A stretch of DNA of 64,000 nucleotides, taken from NCBI GenBank assembly GCA_947630685.1, contig CANRII010000001.1:199-64198 (forward strand), read 5' to 3'. Of this stretch, positions 34,461 through 44,477 are shown in pieces. A model generated the notes under the pieces. The model searched no databases. It saw nothing but the letters and a program-made list of their open reading frames with translations, and was not told the DNA's origin. The DNA comes from an uncultured Ruminiclostridium sp. Its GTDB lineage: Bacteria; Bacillota; Clostridia; Oscillospirales; Ruminococcaceae. A program made the translations under genes and the position numbers. Each line of letters begins with the position of its first letter. Positions within the stretch are counted from its first letter, which is position 1.

Positions 34461-35312
34461 TCACTCTTTATTTTCAGTAGCGTATGCCCTGAGATATTCC
34501 TTATATATCTCGCTTTTCTTAAATGCCGAGGTAAGCGCCGCCTGCCTGCACGCCTCGGACGGCTTCATCCCGTCGGCGATAAGCGCGGCTGCCTTTTTCA
34601 CGGCGTCTTCGAGAGTAGTTTCGCTTATCTCGGTATTTTGATAATTGCCCTGCACGACTATCACATATTCTCCGCGCGGGGTCTTATCCTTATATAACTC
34701 GTTCAGATTCGACAGGGTGGAGCGTATTACCTCCTCGTGCAGCTTGGTAAGCTCTCTGCACAACGACGCGGGACGGTCGCCCAGCGCCTCCAACAGATCG
34801 GCGAGCGTGTTTTTCAGCTTATGCGGCGCTTCGTAAAATATCAGCGTATGGGGCAGGTTTTTTATCTCGTTCAAATGCTTTTCGCGCTGCTTTTTTGTTA
34901 CGCTTAAAAATCCCTCGAACGAAAAGCGCGAGGTGTCCAGTCCGCTGACGCTCAATGCGGTTATTACCGCCGACGGACCCGGCACGGCTTCTATTTCCAC
35001 CCCATAGTCGCGGCACAGCTTTACCAATTGCTCGCCCGGGTCGGATATGCAGGGCATTCCCGCGTCGGTTATCACCGCGCAGCTTTCCCCGGAAAGTATC
35101 CGGTCTATGATAGCCTGCTCCCGCTGCTCTCCGGTAAATTTGTGATAGCTCACCATCGGCGTTTTTATGCCGAATTTAGCAAGCAGCACCGCGCTTACTC
35201 TCGTGTCCTCCGCCGCGATAAAATCCACCTCGGACAGCGTTTTCACCGCGCGCGGCGACATATCCGACATATTGCCTATCGGCGTACCAACAACATACAG
35301 TCTGCCGGTCAT
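34461..35312 (-). CDS. rsmI: 16S rRNA (cytidine1402-2'-O)-methyltransferase
   Basis: LYVVGTPIGN, IAAEDTR, TDAGMPCISDPG, FYEAPHKL, RELTKLHEE, RGEYV. Confidence 0.95.
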   Translation of the reverse strand: MTGRLYVVGTPIGNMSDMSPRAVKTLSEVDFIAAEDTRVSAVLLAKFGIKTPMVSYHKFTGEQREQAIIDRILSGESCAVITDAGMPCISDPGEQLVKLCRDYGVEIEAVPGPSAVITALSVSGLDTSRFSFEGFLSVTKKQREKHLNEIKNLPHTLIFYEAPHKLKNTLADLLEALGDRPASLCRELTKLHEEVIRSTLSNLNELYKDKTPRGEYVIVVQGNYQNTEISETTLEDAVKKAAALIADGMKPSEACRQAALTSAFKKSEIYKEYLRAYATENKE

Positions 35313-36040
35313 CAGCTTTCTTCCTTTATCATGTACATTTTCTTTATCGTATCGGTGTATTCCATATTTTCATTATATACCGCAAGCTGCGGCAATATCT
35401 CCATGCCCGGCTTTGCTCCGCGCTTTCCGCTTATCAAAAACAGCCATGGCTTTTCCCCCTCGCGCTTTACCACAAAGCGCAGCAGCTTAGGTTCTATCCC
35501 CGCCTGCCTCATGGCGCATATCACGTCCGACAGCCGTGAGGGTATATGACACAGCTTTAAGCTGCCGCCGTATTTTAACAGCGCCGCCGCCGCTTTGGCA
35601 ACGTCGTTTATATCGCACAAAAGCTCGGTTCGTGCCGCCGCCTGGGCGGGGCTGAGCCTTACTCCGCCGCTGTCCTTTTTATAGTACGGCGGATTTACCG
35701 TGACTATATCGCAGCTTTCCCTCGGAACTATACTGCCGTTTATCTCTTTTATATCCGAAAGCACGGGTATTACCCTGTCGCTCAGCTTGTTTGCTTCAAC
35801 GCTTTTTTGAAAAAGCATTATCGCTTCTTCGTTTATATCCAGACCGTAAATTTTCATCGGCGGCCTTTCCCGGCAGAACAGCAGCGGTATTATCCCGCAG
35901 CCGGTGCAAAGGTCGCAGACGGTGTGAGAGGGCAGCACAGCGGCGAAATCCGCCAGCAAAAACGCGTCGGTGCCGAACCTGTGATCGCCGGACACGAACA
36001 TTTCCAGTTTCCCCAGGCAAAAGCTTTCGATATTCTCCAC
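35312..36040 (-). CDS. tRNA1(Val) (adenine37-N6)-methyltransferase family (YfiC/YabB-like)
   Basis: HRFGTDAFLLA, DLCTGCGIIP, NPPY motif; GTG start 36040 after AAGGAGG. Confidence 0.88.
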   Translation of the reverse strand: MENIESFCLGKLEMFVSGDHRFGTDAFLLADFAAVLPSHTVCDLCTGCGIIPLLFCRERPPMKIYGLDINEEAIMLFQKSVEANKLSDRVIPVLSDIKEINGSIVPRESCDIVTVNPPYYKKDSGGVRLSPAQAAARTELLCDINDVAKAAAALLKYGGSLKLCHIPSRLSDVICAMRQAGIEPKLLRFVVKREGEKPWLFLISGKRGAKPGMEILPQLAVYNENMEYTDTIKKMYMIKEES

Positions 36041-36050
36041 GCTTTCCTCC

Positions 36051-37877
36051 TTATGCCCTTGATTCCGACGGAGGAGCAAGCGATATATCCTCGCCCTCCT
36101 CGGAGCTGTTGTACAGCAGCGTTTCCGCGCCCCTGACGTAGATATTTATGCCGTTTTCTCTGCCGACCAATACGCTCAGTCCGTCGCTGCCGACCGATCT
36201 TTCACTCACTACAAAGCAATCGTCCGGGATAAGGCTTTCATCGGATATATACATTACTTCACAGTTTTGATTGAAGTATTGAAGATTCATCGCCAGCATT
36301 TCACTTGTCTTATATACCGCGACCACCGGCCGGCTGTCGCCGCGGGAACCGTCTTCTATATACTCGCTCACCGCCGCGGACAGTTCGGCGCTCTGTGCGG
36401 TAAGCTCCGCGGTATACGGTATCACCGCCGCCGAGATATATATCGCGCTGTACGCCACCAGTCCGGTACAGATACAGGTGACTATGCTGCCCGCGTATTT
36501 TTTCGCGCAGCATACCACCGAGGTCATCACGGCATAGGCGGTAAGTATCAGGCAGACCGGATATATTATAGAATCCTCGGTAAACGGCTCATATGCGGGC
36601 GTTCCTATCCTAAGCGCGCTTATATCTCCGCAGACTACCGACACCGGGTCGGAAAATACCGCGGTCGAAAACACGCACAGCGCCGCCGCCAATACCGCGC
36701 TTACCCCTCCGGTCACGGCTATGGACATCATCAGTCTTCCGTAGCTTATCCTGTATTCGATAAGATGTATAAACAGCATAAATACTGCCGGAGCGGCGGT
36801 AAACGCCGATACCGAGGAGGATATAACGGTCGCGCCTCCGTCGGGGTATGTGCTCATCGAGATGAACGCGTCGCCGAGCGTCAGCAGTATTATCATCAAG
36901 GTGCAGAGCATTCCGCCTGCGGCATACACTCCGGTATACATCTTTTCCGGAGATTTTTTACGCCTCAGACAGTTGAATAATGCGTACATGCCCAGCGCGC
37001 AGGACGCGGGTACAAGTCCCCAGGACGCCACCGACAGGTGGTACAGTCTGCCCGCAAGCAGCGAAACGAAGCCCGCCGGGTCGGATAATATCGCCGAAAA
37101 CGAGCTTATCACCGTGCCGTAAAGGCCGCCGTTCGCGCCGCCCGGCACCGAAAAATCCAATATAAAGGTTATCACAAAATCCGCCGCGAACAGCAGCAGA
37201 TACACTACCGTGTAGACGGATATATATATGCCGTCCCGGCCGGTCAGCTTTTTTTGCAGCAGCAATGTTATCAATACCGCCGGGAACAATACAAAGCAGG
37301 AGGGGCTGAAGTAATACGCCGCTGCGGTAAATATTGCCGCAGCCGCCGAAACATAGCCCCTTCGCAGCTTTCCGCGCCCGCTTTCGTCGCGAAGCACGAA
37401 CAACATTATCAGCCAGATCATCACCGAGGAAAATCCGTCCGGCAGCAAAAGGTGCGCGTGTATCATAAGCGTCGGGAATATCCCGCTCACCGCGGCCGCC
37501 AATACCCTTAGGGATATTTTGCTTACTCCCAGATGAATAGACAGCCGATACGCTATTACCGGAATAAACGAATATATAACGGAATTTGTAAGCAAAAACA
37601 GTTTATACTGCATACCGGGATCGGGACAGAGCAGCATAGACGGCAGGTATATAAGCCCGTGCAGCAACCCTCCCGCTCCGTTTATCGCAGGCATGGAGGA
37701 AAACCAATCCCTGCCCATAAGCAGCGCGGCCGCGGCGGGACCGGTATATTCCCGCTCCAGCGACATATTCTGCAAAAACAGTACCACGACACAGTTTATC
37801 AATAAAAATATAAGGAAGATAAGCAGGCAGACGGATCTGTCGCTTAAGCTGCCGCAATGCTCTTTTATTCTTTTCAG
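36051..37877 (-). CDS. Polytopic membrane protein, possibly GT-C-like; probable CTG start
   Basis: About 11-13 hydrophobic segments plus a small C-terminal soluble domain. The frame stays open upstream of the track's TTG (37802) to a CTG at 37877, 9 nt after AAAGGAGG. Confidence 0.6.
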   Translation of the reverse strand: MKRIKEHCGSLSDRSVCLLIFLIFLLINCVVVLFLQNMSLEREYTGPAAAALLMGRDWFSSMPAINGAGGLLHGLIYLPSMLLCPDPGMQYKLFLLTNSVIYSFIPVIAYRLSIHLGVSKISLRVLAAAVSGIFPTLMIHAHLLLPDGFSSVMIWLIMLFVLRDESGRGKLRRGYVSAAAAIFTAAAYYFSPSCFVLFPAVLITLLLQKKLTGRDGIYISVYTVVYLLLFAADFVITFILDFSVPGGANGGLYGTVISSFSAILSDPAGFVSLLAGRLYHLSVASWGLVPASCALGMYALFNCLRRKKSPEKMYTGVYAAGGMLCTLMIILLTLGDAFISMSTYPDGGATVISSSVSAFTAAPAVFMLFIHLIEYRISYGRLMMSIAVTGGVSAVLAAALCVFSTAVFSDPVSVVCGDISALRIGTPAYEPFTEDSIIYPVCLILTAYAVMTSVVCCAKKYAGSIVTCICTGLVAYSAIYISAAVIPYTAELTAQSAELSAAVSEYIEDGSRGDSRPVVAVYKTSEMLAMNLQYFNQNCEVMYISDESLIPDDCFVVSERSVGSDGLSVLVGRENGINIYVRGAETLLYNSSEEGEDISLAPPSESRA

Positions 37878-37917
37878 ACGGTTTCCCCTCCTTTCCCGAA
37901 AATCGGTATTTGTACTT

Positions 37918-38826
37918 TTACATTCCCAGCCAGCCGTTCAACATTCTGAACAGCACCGACATTACAAAGAATATGCACAGCGGGTAAGCTATCGCGTTGA
38001 ACAGGCTGGGTCTGCCCTCGACGTATATCCTCATATCCGCCTCTTCTTTTGATAGTGAATCCCGCTTTATTCGCGCGATACGTTTTATCGTGGTGCGCAG
38101 ATACAGGATATTAAAGAACAGCAGCATACACACCATCAGCACGACTATCCCCGCGCACATTATCATGACGATAGTCTGCGCTCCGTCGACCGACACGTCG
38201 GGCGAGGTGCTGAGCGTGCCGGCGATAAGCAGCCTCAGCTCGTACACCATCGCTATCGCAATGGTAATAAGCGTGCCAAACAGGTTCATGTGCCTATAAA
38301 AACAATGGAACGGCGAAAACAAAAACGCTGCGAAATTCGGCTTTACTATTTTATTGTGCAGCACTATATCCAAAAATACCGGAAGATAGTACATAGCATT
38401 TTTCCCGACATACTGGGCTATATCGTCGCCGTTCACGCCGTTTCTCTCCGGTATGCGGCCGGACATTTTTTCGACGTGCTTATCTACCGCCGCTTTGAAA
38501 TCCTCATAGTTTTCGTGACGTCTTATCTCTTCTTCTATGCTGAATTCCTCAAACTCGTCTTCGGAGTCGTTTTCTTCTTCGGCGTTTTCCGCGTCCTCAG
38601 CCTCCATATTTGCCTGTTCGATATTCAAAAAATGCTCGCGCAGCTTATCTTTCCTGCTTTGCCATTCAAACTCGCCGTGCTGCTCTGAAAACAGACATTT
38701 ACCCTCTTTTAAGTAGCATTCGCGGTGATAAGGTGCTCCGCACTCCGGGCATACCACTATATCGCTGTCCTCAGCGAACGGCTCGCTGCAGATGGGGCAT
38801 TTTTCATCTATAAAATTCTCGTGCAT
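37918..38826 (-). CDS. Prokaryotic RING-like zinc finger plus DUF2628-like membrane domain protein
   Basis: CPIC...DIVVCPECGAPYHREC...C; acidic linker; YYLPVF and NFAAFLFSPF, then TM helices. Confidence 0.8.
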   Translation of the reverse strand: MHENFIDEKCPICSEPFAEDSDIVVCPECGAPYHRECYLKEGKCLFSEQHGEFEWQSRKDKLREHFLNIEQANMEAEDAENAEEENDSEDEFEEFSIEEEIRRHENYEDFKAAVDKHVEKMSGRIPERNGVNGDDIAQYVGKNAMYYLPVFLDIVLHNKIVKPNFAAFLFSPFHCFYRHMNLFGTLITIAIAMVYELRLLIAGTLSTSPDVSVDGAQTIVMIMCAGIVVLMVCMLLFFNILYLRTTIKRIARIKRDSLSKEEADMRIYVEGRPSLFNAIAYPLCIFFVMSVLFRMLNGWLGM

Positions 38827-38912
38827 TTGTTATTCCTCTTAAAATTAAAAACAACAGATCGATCTGTCTTTGCCTAAAATCGTTTCCAAAACGATAAAGT
38901 CGCTCTGCGATA

Positions 38913-38941
38913 ATTGTACCACATATCGCCGCACATGTCAA
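38913..38941 (-). promoter_or_regulatory. Sigma-A type promoter with extended -10
   Basis: Minus strand TTGACA-17 nt-TACAAT with TGG before the -10. Confidence 0.8.
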
Positions 38942-38967
38942 TATTGAGGGAACAACGCAACATATAA

Positions 38968-38997
38968 AACAATACCCGCCTTTCGACGGGTATTGTT
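38968..38997 (-). terminator. Terminator after metY
   Basis: AACAATACCCG / CGGGTATTGTT 11-bp stem directly after the stop codon. Confidence 0.8.
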
Positions 38998-40278
38998 CTA
39001 TGCTTTGGATAAAGCCTGTTCTATATCTGCGATTATATCCTTTTTATCTTCGATGCCTATGCTTAGTCTTACCGTGCCTTCGGTTATGCCCGCGTCGGCG
39101 AGCTGTTTTGCTGAAAGCTGGCTGTGAGTGGTGGAGGCGGGATGTATCACCTGGCTCCTTACATCGCCGACATTCGCTACTATCTGAAGCAGTTTAAGAT
39201 TATCCATGAAGTTTATACCCGCCTGCTTGCCTCCCGCAAGCTCGAAGGTGAACACGCCGCCGCAGCCCTTGGGCGTGTACTTTTTCGCCAGCTCATGATA
39301 CGGGCTTGACGGCAAAGCGGGGTAGTTTACCTTCGCGGCCTTGGGATGATTTTCAAGAAACTGCGCCACGGCAAGCGCGTTTTCACAATGCCTTTGCATA
39401 CGCAGCGATAGTGTTTGTATACCGGTAAGGCAGCTCATCGCGTTAAAGGGGGCAAGGCACGCGCCGAGGTCTCTCATTATAAGCGCGCGCAGTCTGGAGA
39501 TGAATGCCGCTTCGCCCAAGTCGGCGAACACCACTCCGTGGTAGGATACGTCCGGCTCGTTGAACAACGGGAAACGCGGATTGTCCTTGAATTTGAATTT
39601 TCCGCTGTCTACCACTACTCCCGCCATGACCTGACCGTGTCCGCTTAAAAATTTTGTTGCGGAGTGTATTACAAAGTCCGCGCCCCATTCTATCGGGCGG
39701 CAGAGGTAAGGGGTGGTAAAGGTGCTGTCCGCCATGAACGGTATGCCGTGCTTATGCGCTATATCCGCTATCTTGGCCAAGTCGGACATGTTGGCGTTGG
39801 GATTGCCTATCACCTCGGTGAAGAACAGCCGCGTTTTGTCGGTCACCGCGTTTTCCCACGCGTCGAGATCGTCGGGATCCACAAACGTCACCTTGACTCC
39901 CATTCTTTTAAGAGTGATACCGAGCAGATTTATCGCGCCGCCGTAAATATTTATAGAAGATACCACCTCGTCGCCCTCCACGCAAAGGTTGGCTATCACA
40001 TTGAAGATAGCCGCGTGTCCGGAGGAGAACGACAGCGCCGCATATCCGCCGTCCAGCGCCGCTACCCTGCGCTCAAACATTTCGGAGGTGGGATTTTGCA
40101 GCCGGGAATAGATATTCCCCGGTTCTTTAAGTTCAAATAATTCTCTGGCGTGCGCCGCGCTGTGAAAAACATAAGCGTTAGTCTGGTAAAGCGGCGGCGT
40201 CACCGACATGGTGGCCTCGTCCGTCTCATAGCCCGCATGCACCGCGAGCGTATCTATGCCGTAGTTGTTATTGTCCAT
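38998..40278 (-). CDS. metY: O-acetylhomoserine aminocarboxypropyltransferase (sulfhydrylase)
   Basis: GNIYSRLQNPT, HSATKFLSGHG (PLP Lys), ANVGDVRSQVIHPASTTHSQL, VRLSIGIED. Confidence 0.93.
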   Translation of the reverse strand: MDNNNYGIDTLAVHAGYETDEATMSVTPPLYQTNAYVFHSAAHARELFELKEPGNIYSRLQNPTSEMFERRVAALDGGYAALSFSSGHAAIFNVIANLCVEGDEVVSSINIYGGAINLLGITLKRMGVKVTFVDPDDLDAWENAVTDKTRLFFTEVIGNPNANMSDLAKIADIAHKHGIPFMADSTFTTPYLCRPIEWGADFVIHSATKFLSGHGQVMAGVVVDSGKFKFKDNPRFPLFNEPDVSYHGVVFADLGEAAFISRLRALIMRDLGACLAPFNAMSCLTGIQTLSLRMQRHCENALAVAQFLENHPKAAKVNYPALPSSPYHELAKKYTPKGCGGVFTFELAGGKQAGINFMDNLKLLQIVANVGDVRSQVIHPASTTHSQLSAKQLADAGITEGTVRLSIGIEDKKDIIADIEQALSKA

Positions 40279-40316
40279 AATTTTCTTCCTTTCCTGCTGA
40301 TGGATATTTCTTTATT

Positions 40317-40345
40317 ATTGTATCACAAATCAAGGAAAATGTCTA
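40317..40345 (-). promoter_or_regulatory. Sigma-A type promoter for metY
   Basis: Minus strand TAGACA-17 nt-TACAAT with TGA before the -10. Confidence 0.65.
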
Positions 40346-40438
40346 TAGGTGGGAATTAAGGTGTGGATGGGAAAAGGCAAAATCCGAGTGCGTTTCGGTT
40401 TGAATGCGACGAATGTAAACCCCCTAAAAAATAATTTG

Positions 40439-40473
40439 ACCTTCGGTAGACTCATAATGAGCCTTCCGAAGGT
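40439..40473 (-). terminator. Hairpin at the end of the glycan operon
   Basis: ACCTTCGG / CCGAAGGT outer stem with inner CTCAT/ATGAG, followed by a T-rich run on the minus strand. Confidence 0.6.
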
Positions 40474-40532
40474 TTTTAGGTTATTTAGTTGTTTATGTAT
40501 TCTGTTAATATGAAAAATCGGGTTATTTCCTC

Positions 40533-41780
40533 TTAAAAAAGGATAGCATTTACTGCGTCGATCAGCGTCATATCATTTTCAAGCAATACTGTATGACACC
40601 CGGCTGATTCTCCGGCTTTCATATCAGTCACGGAATCTCCAATCATCCAGCTTTGTGACAGATCAATGTTGTATTTTTCCGCTGCTTGAAAAATAAGACC
40701 CGGCTTAGGCTTGCGACAGTCACACTCGAATTTATATTCCGGTCTTTCACCCGGAAATCCTTTATCCGGATGGTGAGGACATATAAATATATCATCAATA
40801 TATGCGCCTTGTTGACCGAGCAGCGTCTCCATCTTCCTGTGTATTTCATACAACTCTTCCCATGTGACGTCGCCTCTGGCGATCACCGGTTGATTCGTAA
40901 TTACGATCACCAGATAACCGCTGCGGTTTATTCGACGTATAGCCTCAGCGACACCGTCGATCAGTTCAAAGTCATCTATATTACGCAGAAAGCCTATGTA
41001 TTTATTTATAGTTCCATCCCTGTCCAAAAAGACAGCCTTTTGTTTGCAGCTGAGATTCCTGCTTTTAACAAAGCCTGTTTGTATGTCTTTCTCTACTTCA
41101 CGTATTCGTTCGGGTGTACCCATATCCTTCACATACTCAGGAGAACGGTAAGCATATATCTTTCCCGACGGTATCAACGGTTTGAGAAGCTCCCTGTCCA
41201 GATCTGTCTTTTTTGCTTCTCTTAAATTTTCGATCACACGCAAAGACAATACATGAATTCCCGCGTTGACGCAATTTGAATACCATCCGCGCTCGTCCTC
41301 TTTAGTAAGCCAATCAAGTACGCAGCCGTTTTCATCTGTGATAATGATACCGCTGTCATAAGGGTGATCGTTCGGATGAGCGAGAAGTGTAACATCAGCG
41401 TTATGGGCTTTGTGAAAATCCATCAAGCGGTGAAAATCAACGTCAAAGATCATATCACCGTTCAAAAGCAGAAAATCATCTTTAATTTTTCCATTCAGAT
41501 AATACAGCGCACCTGCTGTGCCAAGAGGAACATCCTCACGGATATACTCTATATTAACGCCGAATCTGCTTCCGTCACCGAAATGATTGCAGATCTGATC
41601 TGCCATATATCCAACGGTGATGATAATATCTGTAATGCCTTGTTTTGCCAAGCATTCAATTTCATGCTCTAACACCGGTTTTCCTGCTATCGGCAGAAGA
41701 GGCTTAGGGATAGTGCTGTTCAATGACGCTATCCGCGTACCCTTGCCGCCCGCCATAATGACTGCGGTCATATTACTCAT
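40533..41780 (-). CDS. Fused heptose-1-phosphate guanylyltransferase (HddC-like) / heptose-1,7-bisphosphate phosphatase (GmhB-like)
   Basis: AGGKGTR nucleotidyltransferase N-domain; C-domain FLDRDGTIN, TNQP, CPHHP, CRKPKPG, MIGDS. Confidence 0.9.
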   Translation of the reverse strand: MSNMTAVIMAGGKGTRIASLNSTIPKPLLPIAGKPVLEHEIECLAKQGITDIIITVGYMADQICNHFGDGSRFGVNIEYIREDVPLGTAGALYYLNGKIKDDFLLLNGDMIFDVDFHRLMDFHKAHNADVTLLAHPNDHPYDSGIIITDENGCVLDWLTKEDERGWYSNCVNAGIHVLSLRVIENLREAKKTDLDRELLKPLIPSGKIYAYRSPEYVKDMGTPERIREVEKDIQTGFVKSRNLSCKQKAVFLDRDGTINKYIGFLRNIDDFELIDGVAEAIRRINRSGYLVIVITNQPVIARGDVTWEELYEIHRKMETLLGQQGAYIDDIFICPHHPDKGFPGERPEYKFECDCRKPKPGLIFQAAEKYNIDLSQSWMIGDSVTDMKAGESAGCHTVLLENDMTLIDAVNAILF

Positions 41781-42405
41781 GCCCCCAGAACTGACACTCC
41801 AAAGCCGCACAGATAACGTGATAAATAGTGGAATGGATATCCTGTATGTCCTCTGTGATTTGGGAATCGGCAATAATGGTAAGATCAAATATGTCTTTCA
41901 TCTTTCCTCCGTCACGACCTGTCAGACCTATGGTCTTGACGCCCATTGCTTTTGCAGCATCCGCGGCGTAAAGGATATTTTTAGAATTTCCGGAAGTGCT
42001 TATACCGAGGAACACATCTCCCGCACGTCCGTAACTTATTACCTGCTGAGCAAATATGTATTCTCCGCCTACATCGTTTATCATAGCGGTAACCAATGAC
42101 GTATGAGCACCAAGGTCTATTGCCGGCAGTCCGCCCTGAAGCTTGTCCTTAAGCTCGTCTATAAGCATCGCATCCTTTATATCATCGGTCAGCGGGCGCT
42201 GAAGTCTGAATGATTTTACCAGTTCTCCGACAATATGACCGGCATCCGCATTGCTGCCGCCGTTGCCGCATATAAGGAGTTTGCCGCCGTTCTTGAAAGA
42301 ATCCTCCATGATCTCCACAGCTTGACGGATATTCGATTCCAATGGCGCTATGAATTTATGCTGTGCTCTGTATTTATCAAACAATTCTTCTGTACTTTTT
42401 TTCAT
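41773..42405 (-). CDS. gmhA: Phosphoheptose (sedoheptulose-7-phosphate) isomerase
   Basis: LLICGNGGSNADAGHIVGEL, GISTSGNSKN, GLTGRDGG, IQDIH. Confidence 0.92.
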   Translation of the reverse strand: MKKSTEELFDKYRAQHKFIAPLESNIRQAVEIMEDSFKNGGKLLICGNGGSNADAGHIVGELVKSFRLQRPLTDDIKDAMLIDELKDKLQGGLPAIDLGAHTSLVTAMINDVGGEYIFAQQVISYGRAGDVFLGISTSGNSKNILYAADAAKAMGVKTIGLTGRDGGKMKDIFDLTIIADSQITEDIQDIHSTIYHVICAALECQFWGHE

Positions 42406-43415
42406 GCTTCCCAAACCTTTCTTTTGTCCGGATCGTATATCTCCGGAGTGTAATATAATATCCTGCTGCCTCCGTTATCAAAATCGAACGGGATCTCCAT
42501 CAGATCTTCGAGAGCCTTTCGTACTGCTCCCTGCTTGTTTTGCGGAACATAGAACAACAGGAATCCGCCTCCGCCGGCGCCTAAAAGCTTCCCTCCGAGT
42601 GCTCCTGCGGATACAGCTTTCTGGTAATGCGCATCAATAGCGGGATTGGATACTTTTCCGTTGATTTCACGTTTTAAGTTCCACTCATAATCCAACATCG
42701 CTCCAAAATCGTCGATGCGTTTTTCTATTAACGCCTTTTCAGCGTCATCTACCAAGTCTTTCATTTTCAGGAGCTGACTGTTTTTCTTATCAATATTTTT
42801 CTCCTGCTCCACCTGAATATCTGAGGAAAAGCGTGAGATACCCGTAAAGAACAGCATCAAGTTATCGCTTAGCGCTTGTTTAGTATCATTATCTACGATC
42901 ACAGGCAGTACTTCATAACCTTCCTGATTAAATACTATCTTATTCAGACCGCCAAATGACGCGGCTATCTGATCCTGTACTCCGCCGCTTTCTTTGCATA
43001 GTACTCGTTCAAGATAGATAGCTTCGTCCGCAAGACGACGCTTGTCCACGTATTTTCCTTTAAGAGCATAGAATGCCGAGAGCAGTCCCACCGCAAAGGA
43101 ACTGCTTGTTCCAAGTCCTGTCCGAGCCGGAAGATCAGCATCATAAAGTATGTTTAACTCGTGCATATCCAAAAATTTCATGGCTTCCCTGACCGCAGGA
43201 TGCTGGATCTCCTCTATACTTATCGTGCGTTCCGTCCTGGAATAGGAAATGTAATTGGAATAATCAAAGAAAGGCGGAAGATGCCGCACCGTTAAATAAC
43301 AGTATTTGTCTATGCTGGTGGATAAAACTTGTCCGCCGTATTTCTCATAAAATCCCGGAAAATCTGTTCCGCCCCCAAAAAAAGAGATTCGGAACGGTGT
43401 CTGTGTAATAACCAT
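42402..43415 (-). CDS. hddA: D-glycero-alpha-D-manno-heptose 7-phosphate kinase (GHMP)
   Basis: TPFRISFFGGGTDF, PARTGLGTSSS, GGVQDQ, GKLLGAGGGGF. Confidence 0.92.
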   Translation of the reverse strand: MVITQTPFRISFFGGGTDFPGFYEKYGGQVLSTSIDKYCYLTVRHLPPFFDYSNYISYSRTERTISIEEIQHPAVREAMKFLDMHELNILYDADLPARTGLGTSSSFAVGLLSAFYALKGKYVDKRRLADEAIYLERVLCKESGGVQDQIAASFGGLNKIVFNQEGYEVLPVIVDNDTKQALSDNLMLFFTGISRFSSDIQVEQEKNIDKKNSQLLKMKDLVDDAEKALIEKRIDDFGAMLDYEWNLKREINGKVSNPAIDAHYQKAVSAGALGGKLLGAGGGGFLLFYVPQNKQGAVRKALEDLMEIPFDFDNGGSRILYYTPEIYDPDKRKVWEA

Positions 43416-43435
43416 ATCATTTACCCTCACTTAAT

Positions 43436-44452
43436 TTATCTGGTTAAGAATTGTTCTCCATTTCCTATGCGCATCCTCCAATAATCGAGAAGATCACGCA
43501 TGGTTTGTTCATATGGTATGATCGGCTCCCAGCCGGAATGCTTTTTGAACTTAGTGCAATCCGGTACCTGAAGATCTGCATCTATTGGACGCAGGCGTTC
43601 CGGATCAACTTCTATTCGGATCTCATCTTTCTTTGGAGAGAATGCCAGCAGCGTATTTAGCGTATCTTCCACAGTACAGGTGTAACTGCCGCCTATATTG
43701 TAATACTCACCGGGAATGGGATCTATCGTTACAAGCATATAATATGCTCTTACCGCGTCACGTACATCGGCGTATGTCCTCAGAGATTTGAGATTACCTA
43801 CTTTTACAACAGGTTCTATAAGCCCTGCCTCGATCATGGCTATCTGTTTTGCAAATGTAGATTCATGAAACACATCTCCGCGCCGCGGACCCGTATGGGT
43901 GAACATACGCGTTGTCATTACTTTCATATTATACGCTTCTGCATAATACCGCCCCAAAAGATCGGTACCTACTTTAGAGATAGCATACGGCGACGCCGGA
44001 TGAAACGGACATTCCTCATGAATACCTGTTGCAGGCTTCTTTTCCGGCGGTATCTTACCGAATACTTCCGAAGATGCACACACATGAATTACAGGGTCGA
44101 TACCTACCACACGCACCGCTTCCAATAAACGGCAGGTACCAAGTATGTTCGTGTTCAGCGTATCTATCGGCGAATCGAAACTTGTCAGCGGATAACTTTG
44201 CGCCGCCAAATGAAATATATAGTCCGGTTTTACTTTTTCTATTAAATGTATGAGCGATACTGTGTCATTCAGATCGGCATATTCAAAATATACACGGTCT
44301 TTATTGTTTACTCTCTCGATCAAATGTGATACATTATCTAACGGACTCCTCCATCTGCACGCTCCGTATATATCCCAATCTGTTTCTTCCAATAAATAGT
44401 CTGCTAAATGCGAACCTACCATTCCCGTTATACCGGTTATTAACGCTTTCAT
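43436..44452 (-). CDS. GDP-manno-heptose/GDP-mannose 4,6-dehydratase (DmhA/DdahA-like)
   Basis: LITGITGMVGSH, HLAAQS, SSEVFG, SPYAISK, THTGPRRGDVFHESTFAKQIA, RLRPIDAD. From memory this resembles heptose-specific dehydratases more than canonical Gmd. Confidence 0.85.
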   Translation of the reverse strand: MKALITGITGMVGSHLADYLLEETDWDIYGACRWRSPLDNVSHLIERVNNKDRVYFEYADLNDTVSLIHLIEKVKPDYIFHLAAQSYPLTSFDSPIDTLNTNILGTCRLLEAVRVVGIDPVIHVCASSEVFGKIPPEKKPATGIHEECPFHPASPYAISKVGTDLLGRYYAEAYNMKVMTTRMFTHTGPRRGDVFHESTFAKQIAMIEAGLIEPVVKVGNLKSLRTYADVRDAVRAYYMLVTIDPIPGEYYNIGGSYTCTVEDTLNTLLAFSPKKDEIRIEVDPERLRPIDADLQVPDCTKFKKHSGWEPIIPYEQTMRDLLDYWRMRIGNGEQFLTR

Positions 44453-44477
44453 TTGTATTCCTCCTTGAAATAAAATT

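Noticed and set aside
37918-38826. Eukaryote-like ubiquitin ligase system
   Set aside because: The RING-like/DUF2628-like protein sits in a housekeeping operon with no E1, E2, JAB or ubiquitin-like genes; as I recall it is common in this family.
40279-40345. SAM riboswitch or T-box upstream of metY
   Set aside because: The candidate promoter leaves only about 30 nt of leader, and no conserved riboswitch motifs are visible.
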